Shown in pieces: positions 14,978-26,230 of a DNA stretch of 64,000 nt. The DNA is taken from contig RHPI01003511.1 of assembly GCA_009103225.1 (NCBI GenBank), positions 53,087 to 117,086 on the forward strand, in the 5' to 3' direction. Positions within the stretch are counted from its first letter, which is position 1. Every line of letters begins with the position of its first letter. A model generated the notes under the pieces. It did no database searches. It was not told the DNA's origin and saw only the letters and a program-made list of their open reading frames with translations. Origin of the DNA: Chlorokybus atmophyticus. Lineage: Eukaryota > Plantae > Mesostigma and Chlorokybus algae. The translations under genes and the position numbers were made by a program.

Positions 14978-17548
14978 TCATTGGGCACTTGTGGCGGCAA
15001 CTGCGGTGGGCGGGGGCATGTTGGCGAGCACAGGGGTTGCATCTAACACAATAGCAGGTGGCTTCTCTGCAGGCGCACTGCTGCTGCTGCTGCTACTGCC
15101 TTTGCCCTTGTCAGGTGTCTGCACACAATGAAGCAACAACAGGTGTCTGTATCAATCGCAGCGCTGCATGGCTACAGTCCAGAAGTTGTTTTGTAAGACA
15201 CACAAGCATAGGCACGCGTGCATACACACATGCACATGTGCACACGCGTGTACTTAACGAAACAAGTGCAAAGATAATGACTTCCAAAGACTGACAGCCC
15301 TGTCTCTGTCTGCGTGTCTGTGTATGTCTCAAGTATGTGTGGCACGCACCTGAGGTGGCTTTTTACTATCTTCTTCCCAGAATGGCCGCATGGACTCGAA
15401 GTCCGTGAACACGCTCTCGCGCCGCCGCCGCTGCTTCTCCGCCATGATGGCCGCCGCGCTCGCGCCCTGCGGCGGCATCGCGTGCTTCGCCGCGGGACGC
15501 TGGCAGGAACTGCACAGCAGGTGCTTCGCGATGTTGGGACTCTCAGCCCGCACCAAAGACAACTGCACAGAGGAGAAGTTAACATGATGCGTGCGTGCGT
15601 GTGCGTGCGCATGTTGTTAAATGTAAGCGTACCTTGTCGAGGCGTATCCACTTGCCCTCCGCGCGGTTCTGCACCACATCTCGCCACGACAGACCCGTTT
15701 CTTGGCTGAAGAACGCCTCGCTCGGCACATTCAACGCCCAACGGACCTGTGCGTAACCAACAACCACCATACATGTAGGCGCGCCTACAAACGTGCTTGA
15801 GACACACATGCACACAAGCGCACCTTCGCCCAGGTGTCCTTGGCGATGGGGATGACGTGGTGTAGGTGGAGCCACGCGTCGGCGCCAAAGAACGGCCCAC
15901 GTGCACCTGCTGTCTCCGCTGTGGCCGTCGCAAACGTCAATGGCGCCCCCGCTGGCGCCAACGCCCGCGCTTCAAAGGGAATCCCACTCCCATTCATCAT
16001 GCCCCTCCCACCGCTAACACTACTGCTGCTACTCGCCGCCACACTGCAACAAGATGTCAGACACAGAGACACGCACACACACGCGCGCACACACATGCAC
16101 ACACACGTGAATGTACATGCACAGCATGCACACTGTTGCTTGACTGTGTGCACAGCACACATGTTGTTTGCTCACAGTGTGAGAACTCACTATGGGGGGC
16201 TGGGTATTTCTTCGGGTGTTGGGGGCAGGCCAGGTCGCTCGTCAGCTCCGTGGCGTAGCGTGAAGGACCCAAGACGGGGCTTGAAACGCAGCGAGAGGTG
16301 GACCGTGCGCGCGCGGAGGTTCCAATCGCACAAAAGCCGAAGCGCGTCGCCTCCGCCACCTCCCAACGGCACCTGCTCAAGCGTGTACATTGGTCACGTG
16401 TGTCACACACATGTGCTTGGTGGTGATGGGATAGTGTTTTAAGTGGCAACATGGTATAAGAATGTTAGCTTACCTTGAAGAGCATGCTGCCGGATTTGGG
16501 CTCTGAGGGTGCAAAGTGGTAGCACCATGACACGCCAAACAGGTTCGAGCCGAGCTGCATGTGAGCAAGCATGTGAGCAACACCTTACATACTCCGTCAC
16601 TTGATGATGCTTGAACAACGAGCGGTGCAATGCAACAGATGAAGCAAACATGACGCAATGTGCCTCCTGTTCCAGCCACCACCATTTTGCGTGTGTACGC
16701 AACATGGAGAGTGTTCATACAAGCCAAGAAAGGGTGAAAGTAGTGCACATGACAACATGTGCTTCACGAACACGACAAGCGATATACAATTATCTGTGTG
16801 TGTGAAGTGTTTTGGGGGAAAAATTACCCTGAGTTCTACGCCGGAGGGCTTGCCAACAGAGCCGCCAGCAGCGAGTTGCACGCCAACCGACCGCAGCGGC
16901 AGCTTCAGACGCACCAGAGGCTGCTTACCCTCACGAAACCGCACGCTCGCATTCTGAAAACGTACACACTCAAAGAATGCTACGTGTATATCTTAGAAGG
17001 GCATGCAGCCATGGGCAAGTAGATAATGTGCTTGTTGGCAATACCCAATGTAAAATATTTGACAACCCAAGTCTAGTGCATAGACAGCTTTATTGTTGAC
17101 ACTGTGCTTGTCGCCTGACAACAGCTATAAGATTGCCATGACACGTTAAGTTAAGACAGCATTCATGGTGACACCAACACCAACAACAACACCAACACCA
17201 ACACCAACACCAACACCAACACCAACACAAAAACACACATTCGCATAAGTACCCAACATTTATACAAAAGCATTAATGTTACAAGCTTACACCAGCACAA
17301 CTGTGCAACATTGTTGGGCAGCGAATGCGTAAAGTGTAGTGGTCGGCTGGATGTTGGTTTATGAACGGCTGCTACTGATCAGCACGGTGCTTGCGGCAGG
17401 TGTGCTTATTAAAGTGACAAATGCAAAGCCTAACGACAGGCGAAGCATGAAACGGATAACAAAAACGTGATAACTTCTGGCCTCGTTTTGCTGCCAGCTG
17501 TCACATCACATGTGTAGCATAGCTTAAAGCACTCAAGCGCCTTACCAT
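14978..17548 (-). CDS. OEP40: OEP40-like plastid outer-envelope channel protein, about 8 exons
   Basis: Spliced M|NASVRFREGKQPLVRLKLPL resembles recalled OEP40 MKASMKFREEQKPLFRAKVPL. HLSLRFKPRLGSFTLRH resembles FMLHFKPQFGDFSIKK. TWAK|VRWALNVP resembles VLNFRWGVRVP. WIRLDK|LSLVR resembles FLVMNKIGIEH. The 3' end is less certain. Confidence 0.72.
17172..17229. repeat. (AACACC)n hexanucleotide microsatellite in OEP40 intron 1
   Basis: Visible tandem units. Confidence 0.85.
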
Positions 17549-18301
17549 TGCATGCCATGTGCAGGCGGCAAAATTACGCTCCTGCCCCTGGCGGCACTAA
17601 CGCCATGTCAGACCTCCACCCAACCGCAGCAATACCTGAAAGTCCGCCGCCGCCGACGCCGCCGACCACAACCCTTACAACACCAATCTGTGTGCTGAAG
17701 GTGTTGTCAGGGAATTATGTCAATATTCTTGTTGCGAGGGCTGCTCGCGGTCAATGGTAAACGGGACGCGCCGATCCGGATCGGATCTCAGGCGTACGGG
17801 AGGGTCGAGCCTCCAACTTGGAGGGGATAAGTTATGGCCCATAAATTATGGGCCGTAACCTTGGCGATGAGTCATAGGTTATAAAATGAACATTGAGTCA
17901 TTGCTCGTTTGAAGGGCATGCTCTGTGTTGTCAGCAATCAAATGATAACATACCGGTTGTTACAATGAAGTGAGTCATCAAGCTCACATGGTGTGAGTGA
18001 GCACACCGCATTTTGTACAACTTGCGGTATGTGCGCATAAGTGTCATGTTTTGTGTAATGCATCACTTGATTGCGAAAATTCTAGTGCATGTAAAGTGTA
18101 CAGTCATACACGTGCAATGTCCGTTTTGTATCATTTATATATGATACGGTTGATGCAGGCGAATTGAATACAGGTCTAGCCGCATAAGCTCATTGTTGAA
18201 CGCATTCAACGCTAAGCTTCTAGGCGTTTATAACTAAACTGTAATTAAGAAATCATGGTATGATATGGTAAGCAGTTGCATGTGACTAACGGTAGGGGAG
18301 G

Positions 18302-18856
18302 CTGGGCTTTGGGCTACGTGGCTCGCCACAACGCCGCCCTGGCCCAGGCTTGCGTGGAGGCAGGAGCTGTGCCTCTGTTGGTCCTCTGCGTGCAGGAGCC
18401 TGAGTTGGTTCTGAAGAGGATTGCTGCATCAGCCTTGAGTGATATAGCGAAGCACTCCCCTGAGCTGGCTCAAGCTGTTGTGGATGCGGGTACGGTTGCT
18501 TACGTGGCTCCTCTCATCCTCAACCCGGACGCCAAGCTCAAGAGGCAGGTGTGTTCGTGTCTCGGACAGATCGCCAAGCACAGCGTGGACCTCGCCGAGG
18601 TCGTGGTGGAGGCGGAGATCTTTCCGCGCATACTCACGTGTCTCAAGGACGCCGACAATGTCGTGCGCAAGCACGCCGCTGTCGCAATAAGAGAGGTCGT
18701 CAAACACACACCCGAACTAGCACAACTACTCGTATCATGTGGAGGCCTCGGCGCCCTCGCAGACTACTGCGCAGACTGCAGCTCCACCTCCAACACCACC
18801 ACCACTTCCACCTCCTTCTCCTCCTCCTCCTCCTCCTCTTCCTCCTCCTCTGATGT
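18302..18856 (+). repeat. Exact 555-bp copy of PF16 exon sequence (11497-12051); orphan fragment or assembly artefact
   Basis: Identical wherever compared, offset 6805 bp; ends at an N (18857); no start codon or flanking exons. Confidence 0.85.
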
Positions 18857-19351
18857 NGGCAACGCAGCATGAAATCAAGCTACATGTGCCGAGCTTTGTC
18901 CCCTAATGTACTCGACTGGTGTGGCTGATTAATCACAGCAATTTAATCACACCAGAGCAGGTTTGGACTGCTTACATGACATTTGCATCATTCGCACAAA
19001 CATGCATAAAGTCAGCATGCACGACAGCCATGATCACCCGATTGATACTTACGTGATGCATTTATTTATGCCACCTGTAATATGATGCATGCATTATCAA
19101 TAATCAGCCAGGACACAAGGAGCTTTGCAAAATTAACAAGAACATGCAGTTAGGTACATAGCGAGAGGTGTGCCACCCATGTTCGCATCCAGTTCGACCG
19201 ACGGATCAGTTGTTCAGCCACTCAATCCAGCTCCAAGTCAGGCGCCACAACCACCCCTGTCCAAGCTTGGCCAGGCCAGACCAGGCCGAGCTAGCAGCGG
19301 CAGCGGCGGCGGCGGCGGCGGCGGCGGCGGCGTACTCAGGGCGCCACAGCT

Positions 19352-19979
19352 ATGCGGCACCAGGAGGCGCTCGTACTGGTGTGGACGGTGGTGATCTTTG
19401 CCGCGGCGGTATTCAGGAAGGGCGCGGATGCACAGCTGATTAACCCGGGCATTGATCCTGGTACAGCTCCAAGCAAATGGCTGAGTCTGTGGTTGTTACA
19501 CTTTGTATGCAATGCAGGTCGTAGATGTACTTTGCTTCGTCTGCTACATATGGGTATAAGAAGACGTTGCAAGGTTCTTATGACGTAACAACTCCAGCAG
19601 CCGAACGGTCGTTGCCCACAGCCATGCAAGCTTTTCTCTTGCCTGAGTGTGTAACTCAGCATTGACTGCTGCTAGTTGTGAAATGGTCCACAACCAGTGT
19701 ATCGCAATTGTATATGACAATGGTCTCGCCTGTCATGATCTTCTGCTTTCCTTAACCACCCAAGTTGTGTCACCCATTGCCTCCAACTTATCCCAACAGC
19801 GCAGTCAACATGCATGTACGTGTGCGCAATGGGTCTGGGAAATGTGACAAGTGCTTACTTGCCTGGTTCACATGAGTGCAATCACTCTCCAGTCCAGATC
19901 ATTGCCAAGTCGTCTCGCTGGAATCCCTGAGCGCCTTATATGTATATGTATATATATGCGTGTGTGTATATATATATAT

Positions 19980-20021
<42 letters not shown>

Positions 20022-23000
20022 NNNNNNNNNNNNNNNNNNNNNNNNNNNNNNNNNNNNNNNNNNNNNNNNNNNNNNNNNNNNNNNNNNNNNNNNNNNNNNN
20101 NNNNNNNNNNNNNNNNNNNNNNNNNNNNNNNNNNNNNNNNNNNNNNNNNNNNNNNNNNNNNNNNNNNNNNNNNNNNNNNNNNNNNNNNNNNNNNNNNNNN
20201 NNNNNNNNNNNNNNNNTATATATATTCCTATTGCCTCTTTCAATTTTGTGTGTATGCGCGTGTGCACCCTTCGTGCGTGCCAGCCATGCCTGCGTGTCTG
20301 TGGCGCAGGGCGTGCATGTGCGTGTTGTGCACACGCGTATGCACATGCATTCAATCATGTGAACTAGGACAGTGTGCCTGAGTCGCACGCACAGCACTTC
20401 AACAATGTCATGTTGATATCACATGTACACTGTATACATGTGCGTTGGGATGCATACACACTGTGTGTCTACCGCATGCTAATCTCATGACTGGCGCCAC
20501 AGATGAGTTGATAGCGAGCCCGTGCGCGGCGGGATGCGAGGTGCGTGGGTACTGCAACCACGAGACGCGCGAGTGCGAGTGTCCGTACGGCTTCGGCGGC
20601 CCCACGTGCAACGAACCACTCTACCCCGCGTGCACCACACCCGACGGCTATGTAATATCCTGCAGGCAAGGCGATTCTGATGTATTTTGCGTGTGCGCGT
20701 GCGCGTGCGCGTGTGTGCACGCGCACATTCGCACCTTGCATGCACGTGCATGTGTGTGCGTGTGTTGCATCAGTGCAACAACAGCATTCGCTCTCCTGCA
20801 GTGGGCACGTTGGCGTGAAGCCTTGCGAGTGCCACCGTCAGTGTTTCGCGGCCAAGCGCGCTCGCCACGACCAGCAGCTTTGTTACGAGGAGCCCGACGG
20901 TAGCCCCACGCCCGCGGAGTTCATCGTGCCCAAACCGCTGGACCAGCTCGCCTTCTATGAGCGGTAGGAGAGTGATGATGATGATGATCATGCTGGTGTT
21001 GTGGTGAAGTTGGTGTGTAAATTGGCCCCTCCAATCAGGTTGTGGCCAGAGAAGGTGACCATTTCTGCCCCGCTCGTGCAGCAGCGCGGGTGGCTACACA
21101 TTGACGCGTGCAGGTAAGTGTTGTTGTCGCTGTTGTTGTATTGTTGAGCCTGTGCTCAATCATTTAACACTGTGTGACTGGAACACAGGAACAAGTGTTC
21201 TGGGCGGGGGATATGCCGGGCCCCAGGCGTGTGCCAATGCTTCGTTGGGTATGGGCACGCATCCATATTAGCAATGCATGATATGCCAAATGTATGGCAC
21301 AATGCTAATTGAAACCAGCACCAACACGTTACAACTCTGCAGCTTCGGTGGCGACACCTGCGAGTTCAGCCGACCCATCTATTGCCTCAACGCGTGCTCA
21401 TACAGAGGCAAGCAAACGTCACGCACGACAATATGCACTACCACTTCTCATGTACTCACACACACTGACATGCGCAAGCACATTCCCACACACCCGACAC
21501 AACATGCCCACACACCCACATCCGTAACTCCTCAGGCAGCTGCGAGTCCGGTTACTGCCACTGCGACCCCGGTTCGTACGGCATGGACTGTTCCCTCCCT
21601 CTCCCTCACCAGAACGTCACGCGCGAGGCCGTGACAAAAGCGTACGCGTACCCGCGCGTGTACGTGTACGAGCTCCCCGCACCGATGCTAACGTGGCACC
21701 TCGTCGAGGATGGCTGGAGAGGGGAGACAGTGTATCAAGTGAGTGGAATCATATACTCGGCGTGGAGGTTCATACTGGAGGGATTACTGCATTCACCCGC
21801 GAGAACAATGGACCCGGAAGAGGCAGACCTTTACTATGTGCCGGTAGGTTGGCGTGTGCAATACGTGTTGGGTTGTTGTTTCGTGTCGGTGCAGTTTGTG
21901 TTTGTGTTGCATAACAAGAGAAGGGTTTCAGTTCAAAAACTGTCTGTCATTGTGTTCAGGTGTTGGCGCACCCGATAGCGAGCAACGGTGAGCAGTTCCT
22001 TTGGCGACTTGAGGCTCTCCAGAAGTACCTCAGCGAGAAATATCCCTATTGGAACCGGTGAGACAGAGAGCTCTGTGTTATGAAACCATGGTGTGCATGT
22101 GCATTGGTGCACGTGCGCTTGGGTGTGCGTGGGGTGGGGGGGGTGGGGGGCGGGGGGGGCGGAGGGGAGGAGGCGACTGACTACCAATGTGTCCTCTCTT
22201 CAGCGCGAATGGTGCTGATCATGTGTGGATGCTCCCTGGCGACCTGTCTCCCTGCTTCGTGCAGCCATCCTTGTCCAATGTCATCATTCTGCACCATTTC
22301 GGCCGGATGGTCTCCGAAGACCGAGCCTCCCGCCACCTCGGCCACGCAACAAAGGTGGGTCACACATCCACATCCACACACACCGCACCGACACAACACG
22401 ACACACACAACACTCCTTCACAGGTCTGTCACGACGCACGCAAGGACGTGGTGGTACCCAACGCAATAGACGACCCGTTCGCATACGACTGCCTCTACCG
22501 CAAGCCGAAGCACTTGTGGCCCGAGCGCACGGTCACGTTGTACTTTGCTGGCGGGTTCAGGGACGAGGACCCAACATATTCGGACGGCGTGCGCCAGGAG
22601 CTGAAGAAGTTGTTTGTGAATAAAGAGGGGTATGTGATTGTCAATAGGGCGAACGACTATGTTCGCGGGTTCCAGACAAGCGTGTTCTGCGTGGCGCCAA
22701 CGGGGTGGGGATGGGGAGATAGACTCACACTTGCTATTGTCAACGGGTGCATACCCGTCATCATACAGGACCACACACGACAAGCCTTTGAAGGGTGAGT
22801 GGGCACGTTGTTGATGCTGTGTGCGTGTGCGTGTGTGTGAGGGTGTGTTGTTCTGTGTAGGTATCTGCCCTTCAGGAAGTTCTCCATCAGAGTGGCGAAG
22901 CAGGACATGGCGAAGCTGCCGGAAATCTTGGATGCTGTGGGCACGCGGCAGATTGAGCGCATGCAGCGGTGGCTTGAGAGCGTCTGGCGGTACTTTATCT

Positions 23001-23196
23001 GGCAGGTGAGTGGGTGCATGCACACGCAAGTGTTTGTGTATGTGATCCATGAACAAGGGGCGTGTGTGTTGTGCAGGAGCCTGGTGTTGCGTTTGATGCG
23101 ACATTGCACGAGTTGGCCAGAAGGGTGCGGTGGCTTCGGCGAGAAGGCTTGCTGCCTGGGTCCACATTTGACGTAGTGAGGAGAAAACTTCAGTAG
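19352..23196 (+). CDS. Exostosin-family (GT47) glycosyltransferase with N-terminal hydrophobic segment and EGF-like Cys repeats
   Basis: MRHQEALVLVWTVVIFAAAVF leader; EGF motifs CECPYGFGGPTC and CHCDPGSYGMDC; GT47 motifs RVYVYELP, RTMDPEEADLYYVP, YPYWN..NGADHVW, SVFCVAPTGWGWGDRL, GCIPVIIQD, LPFRKFSIRV. Contains a gap in an early intron. Confidence 0.9.
19938..20216. repeat. (AT)n microsatellite running into an assembly gap (20022-20216)
   Basis: TA run followed by Ns. Confidence 0.9.
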
Positions 23197-24147
23197 CTGA
23201 TATTGGTTGCTGTTTCTCCCTGCCCCTTGCAATCAAGTTGTACATGCCTTTGCACTGCCTAACCACGCATGCTCGTTGCATGCGCGATCCACTCTGCAAT
23301 GATGATCACAGCTGCAAGCATTGCAACTCTGTGTGATATGCTGTGTTGCATCAGTGAAACCGCTGCTCTCACCAGCCTGCTTGTGTGCGGCACTATGCCA
23401 GTGCAAGGCTCGGCGGCTTGCATGTGTGCCATTCTTGATTGGGGTCCGTGGACCATGTGCGTACGAGTAGACCTGTTGGGTGTCGCATGCACCCTTTGTC
23501 AAGTTGCAATTGCGTAGATCCATCACAATTGGCCAATAGGTACAATATATCAAGTTGTGACGCGGAAGCAGCACAGTACACTTTGCCCAACTGATTGCTT
23601 GGACGTAGGCTACATGCGCGCGTGTGCGTGTGTGTGTTCAAAGCATGCAGGTGACAATATTCAAGGGTGCAAGCATTGAGGCACGCATGCTATTGTGATG
23701 ATGTGCCGATTGACTTATAGCCTATGCTGCTAGGCCGTCCATGCGGTGGCGCATCACGTAACGTGGGACACTTTGCTACACTAGAACAACCTGCGTCAGT
23801 CCTCCATCAATGCCCCCAAGCTGAGGCGAGATCAACACCTTTCAACAGAGTAATCGCGTCAAAGGGCACCTGTGAACTGTGGTGAATCATTCATTGCATG
23901 CGAATCTTGAATGACCGCTTTGATTAAACACCAGTGTAATTGGCGGCGTGTTCCGAGATATCGACGCGTCCAAACAATGACAGCGGCATACGGGAGAATT
24001 TTTACCGTAATTGAAGCCGCGGGTGCTAGCGTACGGATATCGCTGTGTTGGCGGCGGCGGCGGCGGCGGCGAGGTTGTTGACGTCGTCGCCGGCGCCTGG
24101 GGTTTCTGTGCTTTTAGTGGAAGCGTTACCCTCGGTCTTTTAGCAAG

Positions 24148-25792
24148 ATGGCGAAGCCGGCATGGGGCGCTAAGTCCGCATGGGCGGATGCGGTGGAGGA
24201 GGAGGGGACAGGGGAGATGGCGCCTCTGCCGCCTCTGCCGCTGCCGGACTTCCCTACGCTGGAGTCGGCGGCGGAGGCGGCCAAGAAAGGCAAGAAGAAG
24301 AAGGCCACTAAGCTCTCCCTGTCTGAGTTTGCCACCCTTGATGCCTCCGGCAAGTTCCGCCCCAGCGCCGCCCGCATGGCTGCCGCCGGCGGCGGCGGGC
24401 CTGCCCTAATGAGCCGTCACGATCGTGACGATGACATTGACCTCAGCATGCTACCCAAAGGCCCCTCCTCCAAGCCAGACGAGGACGCCGGCGGTCCGGG
24501 CCTTGGTGGCGCCTTCAAGGTGGGTCTCTGCCTCAGTTCTAGGGTTTGGGCTCATTAGGGTTTCGCCGCTTTTGCCTTGATCTGTTTCTTGTTGATAGGG
24601 GGGAGTTGCTCGCATTGCATATTACTGAGTGCATACTGCTGAGTCGTTTCGTTTGTCCGCTGTGTACACACTGCTGGCATCCTCCTTGTATACTGCATGG
24701 TGCATGGCTTGTTCGAAGTGGATGCTTTACAACTGCCCGCTGCATGATGCATGCATGAGAAAGCCAACGCCCTTCTTGTCATTGTAGTCTGTCTTTGCAT
24801 GCATGGTGGTCGAGTTTATGGTCCCTTACCAAACTGCCTTGCTGCTCACATGGCATGCTGATGATGTACAGGATTATGGAGGGTACAGAGGAGGAGGCCG
24901 CGATGAGGAAGATGATAGGAGGAGGCCGAGGGATGAGGACATGCCGTCACGTGCCGATGAGGACAGCAACTGGGGCGGCAACAAGAAGGCGCTTCCTGCA
25001 GGTGGACCCTACAACCGGCGTGATGATGCTGGCCGTGGCCGTGATGATATGGGCCGCGAGAATGAAGAGGATGCGGGGCCTTCGCGTGCCGATGAAGACA
25101 GCAACTGGGGCGCTTCCAAGAAGTTTGTGCCTGGCCCGGGACGTGTGAGCCCTGGCAGGAGCCGCTCCCGCAGCCCGGGGCCGGGACTCGGTGGCCCCTC
25201 GCGTGCAGATGAAGACAGCAACTGGGGCTCGTCGAAGAAGTTTGTTCCATCTACTCGCCCGACAGAGCGTCCTCCCGGAGGAGGCTTCGCCGACAGATAT
25301 CAGGACAGACCTACTGTTGACAGACCTTCTGAAGGTGAGCGCTGGGGCCGGCGCGGGCCTCCAGACGCCTTACCCGAGCGCGGCCGTGGGATGGAGCGCG
25401 GGATGGAGCGCGGTCCTCCTCCCCCTACATCCGAACGCCCGAGACTCAACCTCAAGCCACGCTCGCTGCCTCTCCCTGAACAGGCCGCAGCTTCGCCCAC
25501 TATTGCGTCGCCAAACAAGCCGAGCTCGGAGAACGGTGAGCAACAGCCACCATCACATGCGGCCCCAGCTGAGGCGCAGGCACCGAAGCCAAAGCCTAAC
25601 CCTTTTGGTGGGGCGCGTCCGCGCGAGGAGGTTGTCAAGGAGCGTGCTGTGGCCAATCCCATTGCTGATATACGCCCGCTTGAGGAGGCGCTCAAGCAGC
25701 AAGGTCTTGAAGATGCTGGTGCACCTGCCCCGCGTGATGAGGCTGTAAAGGAGGTTGAGGACACGTCTGAAGAGGTTTCTGCTAGCGCATAG
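24148..25792 (+). CDS. EIF4B: Plant-type eukaryotic translation initiation factor 4B (exon 1 24148-24520, exon 2 from ~24872; 3' end uncertain)
   Basis: MAKPAWG..AWADAVEEE, DFPTL, KKKKATKLSLSEF, LPKGP, repeated SRADEDSNWG, ERPRLNLKPRS and KPNPFGGARPREEV are plant eIF4B motifs. Confidence 0.9.
24540..24563 (-). promoter_or_regulatory. Two telo-box-like motifs in eIF4B intron 1
   Basis: TAGGGTTT at 24540-24547 and TTAGGGTTT at 24555-24563. Confidence 0.45.
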
Positions 25793-26230
25793 TCGACCCT
25801 ACCGGTGCACCCATGGTTATCTCTCCTGCGTGTGAGGCTGCGCGCAGTCTTAGCTGCTGCACACAGTTAGCCTGCTTTTGTTGCTTTGTGTTTTGCTTAT
25901 CAGGATTCTGAGGAATCAGAAGGTTTCTTACCTGCCTTGTAACGTATCCATGTCTGTCTGTGAACTTGACTCCGTCTGTGCGTGTCAGCTCTTGCGTGCC
26001 ACAAGAGCTTGTCTCTCACTAGAGCAGCAACCCAGTTGCCATGCAATGTCATTGGCGACAGATTACACGGTATTTATCAGTTCACCCCTCAGCGCTTGCA
26101 CAAGGTTGCAGTCACGGACACTCGGTTGAACAGCTGTGCATCGCCCATTCAGCAATAAAACTGCGAAGACTAGGGAGGGCGGTATCTGCACTTGTGTTGA
26201 AAAGTATGTCAGAACTATGTATAGGAGCTG

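Noticed and set aside
16589-16609. Candidate 21-nt microexon (HHQVTEY) in OEP40
   Set aside because: Weak AAG acceptor; the flanking exons join in frame and align better with OEP40 without it.
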